NCBI GenBank assembly: GCA_965203295.1
Contig: CBDBCZ010000011.1
Coordinates: 480,001 to 544,000, forward strand
From: Nitrospirales bacterium
GTDB taxonomy: Bacteria; Nitrospirota; Nitrospiria; Nitrospirales; UBA8639
Reading direction: 5' to 3'
DNA: 64,000 bases
In this document: positions 1-30,558 of the stretch, one piece after another
Layout: each line of letters starts with the position of its first letter
Numbering within the stretch: position 1 is the first letter of the stretch
Program-made: the position numbers and the translations under genes
The notes under the pieces: model-generated
What the model saw: the letters and a program-made list of their open reading frames with translations, nothing else
Told to the model about the DNA's origin: nothing
Database searches by the model: none

Positions 1-97
1 CCCCTGTAATATTTAGAGTCCATTTTCTCCTCCTTGTCTTCTATCCCCTCGATCTCCCTCCCCTCTACCCCTCCCCTCCCCTCCCTTCTTTCCACAG

Positions 98-19227
<19,130 letters not shown>

Positions 19228-19257
19228 ACCGCTAACATTTGCAGCTTTGCAGTAATT

Positions 19258-19625
19258 GTTTGTCTGAGCTGCATCTCTATCCGTAGCTACTATTGATCAC
19301 TGCTCTTGCTGTTTTGATGTTGTGTTTGTCTGAGCTGCATGCTTTTCCATAGCTACTATTGATCACTGCTCTTGCTGTTTTGATGTTGTGTTTGTCTGAG
19401 CTGCATGCTTTTCCATAGCTACTGTTGATCACTGCTCTTGCTGTTTTGATGTTGTGTTTGTCTGAGCTGCATGCTTTTCCATAGCTACTGTTGATCATTT
19501 CACTGCTGTGTCGATGTTATGTTTGTCTGAGCTGCATGCTTTTCCATAGCTACTGTTGATCATTTCACTGCTGTGTTGATGTTGTGTTTGTCTGAGCTGC
19601 ATGCCTTTTCATAGCTGCTGTATGA
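19258..19625 (+). repeat. About 66-bp tandem repeat just 3' of the NUDC stop
   Basis: tttgtctgagctgcatgcttttccatagctact... repeated about 5-6 times. Confidence 0.9.
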
Positions 19626-20929
19626 TCATATCGTGTTGTAGTCCAGGGCCAGCCCCTGCACTTGCAAAAAAAACAAGGAAAGTCTTTTTTTGTTTGTTTG
19701 TTTGTTTTTGCGAGTGCAGGGAGGGTCTGAGGCCGAGACTAATTGTATTCATGTCGTGTGTTTCTCTCTTAATTTCAAGAGAGAGAGAAGGCTAGTAGCT
19801 CTCACCCTTACGCTCTATTAATTTGTATACGTCTAGCGACAACTGCTGAGGTTCAGCACTTAGCTCTGCCATATGGCTCTGTGTGCTGAACCTCAATACG
19901 TGTAGCAGGTTTAGGGTAGGCTTTCAAATTCGCTTCAATCGAAGACATGCATCTTTGAGACCCTGTCGGACAGTATGGCCTAGGATCCGTCCGCTAGCTT
20001 CCTCCCTTGATCGCCAAAGCCTAGCACACTAAACGACCCACATGGATCGAAAGTCAACTCTCCATTCAGGATGGAATAATTACTGAAGTTGACATGGACA
20101 ATAATCAAGAATCTGTCATGTATGTAATGTGGTCTCACTCACCAAAAAAAAAGGTTCCAGAATGCTGATCTGTATCTCCTGCATGTGATAGATGTACTAC
20201 AATTACCACACCAACAGGGAATGTAGCTATGTCTAGAAATAATGTTCACAGTGACTTGTTTGGTGAATTTTTTTTGGTGAAGGACCATGCATGAACATTC
20301 ATGGTCAGTATTTTGGTGTGTGTGTGTATGTTTTTTTAGTGAAATGTATGTATAGTTTAAGATCAGTAGCTATTTCTAGCCTCATTCCCAGGCTCTTCTG
20401 CCCAGCTTATTTTACTACGTGCGGAATAAAGCTCGACAGAAGAGCCTGGGGACGAGGCTAGAAATAGCTACTAATCTTAAACTATACGTACATTTCACTA
20501 ATAAAACACACACACACACCAAAATATATACTGACGACGAGGCTAGCTATTTCAGTGACTGAGACAATGAAACAATACATACTATTATGGTCACTACATG
20601 TATTTCAGTCATGTTTTTAGGTGTTCATGCTCAAAGTCAGTAGGTCCATGATCTATTCCAATGCCCAATTTTAATACTCATGATCATGCAGATCTGTATA
20701 CTGGGCTGTAAACATGTAGGGCTTAGTACACAGATATCAGTATAATTATAATTGCAGTCTGGGACTTCCAAAAAATTGAGGACCTAGATTACAAATCAGT
20801 AGGTCTATGCTATTTTAACACGTTGATATTATAGCTAAACTAAAGTACAGTTATACAGTTACATTACTATACTAATAATACATGATAAGCCTGCATGAAT
20901 ATCTACTGTGTAGCTAAAAGTTACTGCAT

Positions 20930-21658
20930 TCACTGAAGGGCCAATGAATAGTTGTTCGTTTCATTGTTATCCCAGAAGTCCTGTTCGTTGCTGGTATCGC
21001 GGATAGCAAAATGAAGGCTCTGCTTGCCCTCCATGTCGACTCTGAAAGTGAAGGGATTTGCATCTCGTGTCCTCTCTCCAGGAACTGCCTCGGCATCTGA
21101 ATATGTCTGCCAGTTATCAGTGGTGTAACGGACCATCACTCCATGGGGAGCCTCTATGTTTGCCACGGCAATCGTCCCCACGACGATTCCGGCACTGCAA
21201 ACACAGGGTGCTTAGTAGAACTTTCTGTTGGAGGACCTTGAGTTCAAAGTCCTCTGGATCTAGGAACAATTTCAGTTGATCAAAGAGGAAAATGCATTTT
21301 GCACTCTAGCATGCCATCGGCAGTCGGATGACTTTCCTACAGTGAAAAATGGGGTGTTTGACTTAGAACGTGAAGTGGGGGGGGGGGGGGGGGGACAGCA
21401 AACTTTACCTTCAATTGGGGTGGAACTGGTGATTCTGGGTCAGCATTAGAATGGAACACTGCACTCCCAGCAGATGTGGTGAAAAAAAAGAAGTTTTTAG
21501 CATGATCACAGACTGTGACAATGAAATAGGAGGGGCTGCGCACACCTGCGCCTCTGGTTGGTGCGGGGCTGGCAGCCTTGGCACTGAGGCTCCAGCGCTA
21601 GCAGTGGACTTGCTCTCCTATAGTGAAAGAATTCAACATCATCAGACGGATTAGAAGT
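20930..21658 (-). pseudogene. 5'-truncated, frameshifted copy of the CBM21 gene
   Basis: Paralogous to 23004-23880. Extra C at about 21207 (agcaccctgt vs agcacctgt), the tag acceptor of the penultimate exon is deleted, and no 5' exons are present. Confidence 0.8.
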
Positions 21659-23003
21659 ACAAGTGTGAGTGGAACAACAATAAAAGACAAAATAGCACTG
21701 TGCATGTGGTAAGTATATCCATAGATAATATAGACTCCGTAAGTCTATACTATCTATGGTATATCTATATCACATGCAGGAGATATAGCTGTACTGACTA
21801 GCACTCTGGAACCTTTTTATTCGGTGGGTGAACGGACCACATTACGTGATATGACAGATTCTTGAATATTGAAATCCACGCTAACTTCTAGTTGCATTTT
21901 TGATCCATGTATATACCAGTAAGCCCATTTTATCTCAGGCGGGACGTATTGCCTCCATCTCCGGCTTCCTGTGGCTAGAATCGTCGGGTTTGCGGGGGCT
22001 GTATTAGATACGCATCTCTCTCTAATGAAAATCACAGCTGCCAGCTCTACCACGTGTTCGCCGTTGATATGATGCGTACATAAATTAAACTTAGATTTTG
22101 TCCGCCCACGCATTTCTCGTCTTACGTGACGTCACGGCTGCAATAATACCCATGATTAGCCTCGTGCCCAGACCTTCCTAAAATCACGACCACCTGACGT
22201 CACCAAATACACCAGACCGATGAGATTTTAGGTCTGGGTACGAGGCTACCCATGATCAGGTCTGTGGCACTGTGCTGGGCTGTATACCTGTAAGCCCAGG
22301 TTTGCACAAATACCGATATTAAATATTTTTTTGCAGTCTGCATGGGTCCTCCCAAAAATTGAGGGCCTGATTATAACTTATGCCTATGTTATTTTAACAC
22401 GATGACATTATAGCTAAACACAGTCATGCACTATTATAGGTTAAAACTAAGACTGAGAAATACACGACAATTATAAGACTGCATGAATATCGACTGTGTA
22501 GCTAAATAAAAGTTGCTGCATTCACTGTAGGAGCAAAGAATAGCAGAAAAGCCTGTACAAAGTATTAAACACCCCTCACCCAAACTGACCTTTAATACAT
22601 AATTATTATGGTCACACCAATGTCATGTATTTTAGTGCATGTTTTTTGGTGTTCAAGTTCAAAGTCAATATTTTGTTGAAGGTCTATAATCACCATGAAG
22701 GGTGAAGCCTCAAATTAATACCCATGATCAGGTCTGTGTACTGGGCTGTATACCTGTAGGCCCGGGCTTGCACGGATACTGATACTTGGCAGTATAAGTT
22801 TTTTTTAGCAGTCTGGGACCCCCCAAAAATTGAGGGCCTAGATTATAAAAATGTACCTGTGTTATTTTATTGCGGTGACATTATAGATTATAGCTGTAAA
22901 AATTATTATACAGTTACATCACAGTCATACACTATGCTACAACTAAAACTAAGAAATACACGATTAGACTGCATGAATATCTACTGTGTAACAGTTGCTG
23001 CAG

Positions 23004-24667
23004 TCACTGAAGGGCCAATGAATAATTCTTGGTCTCATTGTTATCCCAGAAGTCCTGGTCGTTGCTGATATGCAGGCGAAGGCGGATAGCAAAATGAAGG
23101 CTCTGCTTGCCCTCCATGTCGACTTCGAAAGTGAAGGGATTTGCATCTTGTGTCCTCTCTCCAGGAACTGCCTCGACATCTGAATACGTCTGCCAGTCAT
23201 TGGTTGTGTAACGGACAATTACAGTGTGGGGAGCCTCTATGTTAGCTACGGCAATCGTCCCCACAACGATTCCAGCACTGCAGACACAGGTGCTCAATAG
23301 AACCTTCTGTTGGAGGACCTTGAGTTCAAAGTCCTCCGGTTGTAAGGACAGTTTTGGAAGATCGAAGTGGAAAATGCACTTGGTGAGGATAGCATCAGGG
23401 GTCGGATGACTTTCCTGCAGTGAAAGATGGGGTGATTTGACTTAGAATGTGATTCAGAAGTGGGGGCTGGATCTGCACAGTTTACCTCCAATTGGGGTAG
23501 AGCTGGTGCTTCTACGTAAGTGTCAGAGCGGAACACTGCACTCCCAGCAGATGTTGTGGACTATGGTGAAAAAAAAAGTTTTTTTTTGCATGATTACAGA
23601 TGATTAATTTTTTAGAAGTAGGGAAGGGGATGCGCACACCTCCATCTCTGGTTGGGGTGAGGCTGGTAGATTGGGCACCGACGCGCAAGCAGTGAACTTG
23701 CTCTCCTATAGTGAAAGAATTGAACATCATCAGACGGATTAGAAGTAGGGAAGGGGCTACGCGCACCTGCGCCTCTGGTTGGGGCGGGGCTGGCAGCCTT
23801 GGCACTGAGGCTCCAGCGCTAGCAGTAGACTTGCTCTCCTATAGTGAAAGAATTTAACATCATCAGACGGATTAGAAGTAGGGAAGGGGCTGCGCGCACC
23901 TGCACCTCAGGTTGGGGCGGGGCTGGCAGCCTTGGCACTGAGGCTCCAGCGCTAGCAGTAGACTTGCTCTCCTATAGTGAAAGAATTGAACATCATCAGA
24001 CGGATTAGAAGTAGGGAAGGGGCTGCGTGCACCTGCACCTCAGGTTGGGGCGGGGCTGGCAGCCTTGGCACTGAGGCTCCAGCGCTAGCAGTAGACTTGC
24101 TCTCCTATAGTGAAAGAATTGAACATCATCAGACGGATTAGAAGTAGGGAAGGGGCTGCGTGCACCTGCACCTCAGGTTGGGGCGGGGCTGGCAGCCTTG
24201 GCACTGAGGCTCCAGCGCTAGCAGTAGACTTGCTCTCCTATAGTGAAAGAATTGAACATTATCAGACGGATTAGAAGTAGGGAAGGGGCTACGCGCACCT
24301 GCACCTCTTGTAGTTCCGCATCAGTGGCGCCGGCAGTGCCTGGACATGGCGGATCAACCGAACTCTCCTGTAGAACATGATTAAATACAATAGAAGTAGG
24401 GGACGGGCCGCGCCGTAGATAATAGGGTGCACCTTCTGGGGTGGCACTTGCGGTTCAGATATAGACTGGAGATCACGATCAACTGAACTTTCCTATAGTG
24501 AAAATAAATAATGGTGGACGGGTGAAGGAATCAATAGACTAAAGAATCGCCACAACAGGATTAATACAACATACCTGTAGCTCCGGCTGGGGTTTCGCTG
24601 ACTTCTTGATCTCAGCACCACAGCAGCAGGATGTGAACAACTTGACAAGTTTCTTGAATAGCTTCAT
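23004..24667 (-). CDS. CBM21 (glycogen/starch-binding) domain protein, PPP1R3-related, about 353 aa
   Basis: Ten exons with phase-0 introns: 24667-24575 (MKLFKKLVKLFTSCCCGAEIKK..), 24492-24433, 24367-24299, 24237-24166, 24104-24033, 23971-23900, 23838-23767, 23705-23640, 23560-23486, 23414-23004 (QKVLL..GTIAVANI..VIVRYTTNDWQT..FAIR..WDNNETKNY, the CBM21 signature). Confidence 0.8.
23706..24298 (-). repeat. 133-bp tandem repeat made of a 72-nt exon and a 61-nt intron
   Basis: Each unit has ttctttcactatag|GAG...CAG|gtgc and a ctaat branch-like motif. Confidence 0.9.
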
Positions 24668-25859
24668 CGCGATACGCTTCTTCTTGGAAAGACCAAACTG
24701 GCAGAAAAAAAAACTGAAGACAGCGGAATAAGTAGCGCTAGCGACGCGCGCGTATGACGTTTAATGGCGTCATCGACGCGCGCGTGTGACATCAGTCGGC
24801 TTGAGATTTTGGGTAGGCTTTGAAATTCGACTTCAGTCCAAGACATGCATCATTATTTTGCTTTGAGATTCAAGGTACGCTAATCTGTCAGTCGGATCGA
24901 TTAAATCCCATGCCTCCGTCGGAGTGGCTGATCGTATTTACTTCCTGTGTGGTGGCTGCTTGCTTCCTATGCCAGCGTTCGATATGTTGCTGCACCGGTT
25001 TGGGGGTGGGGCTGTCAATGGTGGATGTGTCATGGAGTCATCATCCCTTGCCCACACATTATATTCATCACTAATTCACTTAGTCCTTCTCCTTCCTGCT
25101 GCTCAAATAGTAATTCAGATTTGACCATAGACTCTATGGCAACAGCATTCCATATAGAGTGATTTTAGATACTGTCATGTGTCAGTTAAGAGAGTTAAAG
25201 AACGTGGAGAACTATTGATGTGCTTAGTCAGAGGCAAAATATACCAACAATAGTATGCACGACTACACGTCATGCTGCAGGAAGGTATACATGTAGCAAT
25301 CACAATAGTCATGACAATGATGCTTGGAAACTTTGCCACAATTTGCTGCAGTGGAAAAGGAGAATAATTAACATAATATTATAGCATGATCCGTATACAC
25401 TCCTCTCTGTAATATTCTGTATAGGCGCACACCTGGTGACAGCTCTGTGTACATTCATGGTGTTGAGAAGGCCAGCTAGCCGAGACTCTGCATCCTGTGT
25501 TCACGGAAAGTAAATATCTCAAAGTATAATTATTTGGTGTTGTCCCTATAGTCTCAGTCATGAGTTCTTAGGCTCAACCCTTTCCCATGTGCACGTCAGG
25601 GAACAAGGCTAGTATATATCCACGAGCTCAGCTATAGAAGAAAACGATTTTTTTTAGTAAACGTAAACACAAAAAGAGTTTTAGTACGAGCTAAAGTAGA
25701 TTTAGACAAAAAAACATCCTCGATGGGAATGAATTTTCTTCCAAAATCAACCCATTTAAAAAAAACATATAATTTCATACGATGTAGAAAGTCACCGGTG
25801 AAAGGGTTAAACTAAAATGTGAAGCCATGCTGAAACACCACTAGAATGACTGCACACAC

Positions 25860-28800
25860 CAATAAATTCTTCATTCTTTCTACTTTCTTCTATTGGCACA
25901 TGACGAATGATTTCTCAGTACTCTAGACTCTAGTGGTGCTTGTTATATTACAGTGGAACCCCTCTTAAAGGACACCCCAGAAATAGGAACACCTCTGAAT
26001 TAAGGACACTTTGCTGTGTCCCAAATATGCTTTCTTAATGTAAATTTACCCCTGAAACGAGGACACCTCTCTGTACAGGACACTTTATTACCAGGTCCCC
26101 AAGGTGTCCACAATAAAGGGGTTCCACTGTATGTTGGGTGTGCGGCAGTGACTATACCTGAATTTCTTGCTTTAATTTTTCATTATACTTCTGAAATTTC
26201 TGTGTTTCAATCTGTGTGCGTAGAATGTGGAGAGGGCATAATTAGTCAAATGATTTGAAAATACCTTTTGCTATAATTACAATACCTGAAACACAACGGC
26301 CTATGCCAGGATTTCATCCACGATTTTTTTTTGGGAGGGGGGGGGGGGGGGGGGGAGGGGGGCACCACTGTCTGAGCACACGGGTATACTTAGCATGTTC
26401 ACATCTAGGGGGGTCTTGGGGGCATGCCCCCACAGATTAAAATTTGAGTGCTCTAAGAGGCCTTCTGGTGGCTTCTGAGGCTACTGTGAAGAGGCACTTC
26501 AGTGATATGAAGCTTGTTAAACCCTACATGATGCATGAAGCCCTGCATGATGCATGAAGCCCTGCATGATGCATGAAGCCCTGCATGATGCAAGGACTGA
26601 CCTCGTCCTCCCTCAAGCATTGCTCCAGCTGGTGACAGACGGAGAGGGGGATACGCCCACAGCGCTGGGCTAGTACAGACTGGATGGCTTCATGCTGCTC
26701 TGCAACCTAAACAACCAAGAGACCCAAAATGTACTGTACAAAGCATGCAGAGAAGAGGTAGTATGCAATACATAACAGTGCCTATCTTGATGTACAACAG
26801 CTATAGCTTCAATATGACATTGTATGAGGCAACATAAAACTCCTGCACCGATTCGTGCTACCGTTGTATCAAGCACTAACCTGCAGCTACCAGAGGTAGT
26901 ATGCAATACATAACAGTGCCTATCTTTGATATAGCCTCGTTCCCAGGCTCTCTGTCCAGCTTTTTTTCGCACGTAGTAAAAAAAGCTGGACAGAGAGCCT
27001 GGGAACGAGGCTATCTTTGATGTACAACAGCTATAGCTTCAATATGACATTGTATGAGGCAACATAAAACAAACTCCTGCATTCACTCGTGCTACCGTTG
27101 TATCAAGCACTCACATAACAGTGCCTATCTTGATGTACAACAGCTATAGCTTCAATATGACATTGTATGACGCAACATAAAACTCCTGCATTCACTGATT
27201 CGTGCTACCGTTGTATCAGGCACTCACCTGCAGCTGCAGTTCCTCCACCCTTGAGGCATAGCTCTTGCAGGTGGCTGTGTCCTCCTCCTCTGGGAGTGGA
27301 TGAGGAAAGAAAGGGTAATTAAGACGTGAAGTGCTATGGTATCTCATTCCTAATGTATTATCACAGAATTTATCCTAATGCATTACCACTCATTTTCAAT
27401 GCGGACCAGACAAGGGTATATGCATGCGACTTTTTCACTAAGGGCTCACACCTTGGCAGAGATAAAGCTAGAGTGATCCGTTACTGCCATCAAAAGGTAC
27501 CCGATCGAATAAGTTGTACGTGTTATCATAGACATATACCTTCAATAATGGGAGCTTGTAACTCTTCCATTTCCCTCCTGTGGAAATCAGCTTCCTTCAG
27601 CAGGTCTTCCCTCAGCCTAGGCAGTATAGGGTAAGGAAATGAATTATTCGTATTCCATAGCCGTGAGTCGAAAGTGCAAGAAATCCCCAAACAGCAATCC
27701 TAACCCCAGCTTTCCTAGTTATTTCTCGAGTTCTGCCCATAAGCTTCGAATTTCCTTGATACAACATGTATACATGTACATGTACCATTTAGCAATCATG
27801 CAGTCTAAGGCATATATATACACACCCCAAAGTGTATAACTATAAAAAGCCTGACTCCATTACATGTACATGTACATGTAGCCTTCTACCTTCTAATTAC
27901 CCTTTGTAATTATAATTAGGACCACAGCAACGTACACATTCAGCCTAGGGATAAGTCTGTCAAATTGTATTAAATGTAGTTGCATTATGAACCTCTCATT
28001 ATCCTTCAGTAGCACCCTGCACTGCACCTCCAGCTGGTGGACACGCCTCCTCAGCTGCAGCAGCTTGGGGGAGGGGCTCAGCACCACGCCCCCTCCATCT
28101 AGGGGGGTGGGGCTGGGCTTAAGGGTTGCATGAACAGATCTCTTCTGCCTACTTAGCACCAGCTCCAGGTGGTGGTCATAGGCATCCTGCAATGCAGATC
28201 AGAACAGATCTATACATGCCTCATAACCAGGCCTCCCTATTTTGCAGTTGTGCAGAAATCTAGCCTCATTCCCAGGCTCTACTGCCCAGCGTTTTTTCGC
28301 ATGTAATAAAAAAAGCGGTCATTTTTCTATATGTGAAAAAAGCTGGGCAGTAGAGCCTGGGAACGAGGCTACAGAAAATCTACAAACTAAAACTAAATCC
28401 AGGGACACGTAGCCAGCAGGGAGGAAGAGCTGGGTGGAAGCCTGGGAGTGAGGTCTAATCACTCCTCCACCCCAAGCAAGCCACGATGACTATCAAATCT
28501 TTCTTGCGCCATCACACTCAGATTTAAACTGATACATGTACTGTAGATCCATGAAAAACAAACAAAACCATCATTAACCCTTTCACCAGTAGAGACCTGC
28601 TTCTATTAGGCCCATGTGTTTTTAGGCGTTAATATCAAGTACGGGATTTCTTTTGTTTCTTTGGGCTGTAAAGTGGCCTATACATGGTACTGGTGAAAGG
28701 TTTAATCTTTCTCCGCACCTTAATTCTCCTCAGAAGAAGAGAGAACGTGCCACTGCTCTGGATGATCCTGTCAAAGGCCTCGGAAAATGCTGAGAGTCTC

Positions 28801-29808
28801 TTGAAGGAATTGATCCGCTTGCCAGACAATTCCAACAGCAATAAACGCTGAATAATGTAGAAGACAAGACGTGTATACATGCCTAGCCTGTTTGAGCGGC
28901 AGCCTCGTTCCCAGGCTCTACTGCCCAGCTTTTTTCCACACATAGTAAAATAAGCGGTCAGAGCTTATTTTACTATATCCGAAGAAAAGCTAGGCAGTAG
29001 AGCCTGGGAACGAGGCTATTTGAGTAGCTGGATACAAGGCTGATGATATATTATGATTCCCAGCTTTTATCCAAATAATTTCTTTTTGACACTAAAATAT
29101 ACAGTATATGAAGCAGAGGTATGCTAATATCGATAGTGCTAGTCACTGCAACAAGCCTGAGTGCGTGGTACTATACCTACCTACCAGAAATTTAACAGGA
29201 AGACCCTGAAATATTATTCCAGATACACACAGGTGATCCCATTGGCTGTATAACATAAGTCCTATCAACATACATGGTGTTGGTGCTACATGTGTACCTC
29301 CATGCACGGCCTATACAAGCTCTTACTAAGATAACTCAGACTTGGCGTCAATAAACCAGACCTTACATCATGAAGCTGTCTCACAATGCTCTTCACGTTC
29401 TTAGTAGTCTTCAGAGCGTTCCTGAAGTGTGCCCCAGGCCTTCGGAGGGTGTGACGGTCAAATGCGAGGAAGCGATCGTACTGCTCAGCCTTGGTGGCCC
29501 CGGAGAGGAAGGGGAGAGGAGGGAGGGGGGATGAGGGACTGTAGAGCTGAGACGATGAGCTGTTTCTTTTGCCTGGTGGGGAGGGTGGGAGGGCTGCTTT
29601 GAGCTGGGGAATGTGTAGCTCTTCGGTGGTCTGCATTTTCACGAAATTACTCTCTTTTTTTCCAAAGATTGTGATTCTGGGGGGAAATATATTACACGCA
29701 CAGCTTTTATCACACTGGAATTTTGACAAGGCTGTTAGTATTGATGCAGTAGGTTTAAATATTAGGCTCGTACTGCAAGGGCAAGGGGTAGGCTAGTCAC
29801 TTACGCAT
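25860..29808 (-). CDS. Coiled-coil protein with a TSNAXIP1_N-like domain (C6orf118-like); both ends uncertain
   Basis: Exons 29808-29805 (ATGC, tentative), 29731-29298, 28847-28719 (RLSAFSEAFDRIIQSSGTFSLLLRRIK), 28186-27993 (DAYDHHL), 27616-27540, 27289-27228, 26706-26602, 26211-26158, 25889-25860. Phases are compatible. The stop exon is unresolved (candidates 25.5-24.9 kb). Confidence 0.65.
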
Positions 29809-29812
29809 CGCT

Positions 29813-30085
29813 TGTAGAAATGTATGTAAACGGGATCAAAATGGAATCAAACGATCAAAGCAGTCTTTAGAAGACAATCAAGGGTAGTCTCACGTGACAA
29901 GACTCTCACGCAAGACTGGATCAAGGGATCAGTACAAAATGCTAGCAACAAAAATCAATGGGTCAGACAATGAGGAGGCGTGTCCACCGTTGTCCTTCGA
30001 ACCCGAACATCAAGCAATCAAGAACGTGATCAAAGACAATTTTCACCAATTAAAACTCTTGATCCTGTTCGTAAAATGTTTCTAC
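29813..30085. mobile_element. GATCAA-rich TIR element; inverted second copy at about 30752-30988
   Basis: gtagaaa..cgggatcaaaatggaatcaa ... ttgatcc..ttctac. The reverse complement is found about 700 bp downstream. Confidence 0.6.
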
Positions 30086-30558
30086 TGACAGTACATGTAT
30101 GTATGTACGTGGTAACCCCTTTGCAGTGATCACTGTAGTCTTGCAAGCCAGCCCACTTTGATCCTCAGCACCGATTGCTTGCCGCATAATTAGAGATCGG
30201 CACTGCGGAAATTAAGTGGCTGTGATCACTGTACTGGTGATGAAACTTGGCCTATGAGACTGATTATGCCATGTATCTAGATAATTCATGGTATAATTTG
30301 TTATATGTACATGTCTATGGTCTTATCCTCCTAAGCCCAGCCTAAATATTATGTACACTGGAAAAGCATCACTTGCCTTTTGATGTATCATGTAGTGACT
30401 GCATCTATATATCTGACATGCTGCATGCATGCACGAACGAGGCTCTCCTGTAGCCATGGCAACAGCAAGTCTAAATATACGAAGAAAGTTCTGTCAGCAC
30501 AATAATATTGAAAACGTATACAGTGAATAGAGAGTACGTACCGACACCCCGACTAGCT

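Noticed and set aside
23706..24298. CRISPR-like regular repeats
   Set aside because: There are no unique spacers or cas genes. The units are identical exon-intron cassettes in a eukaryotic gene.
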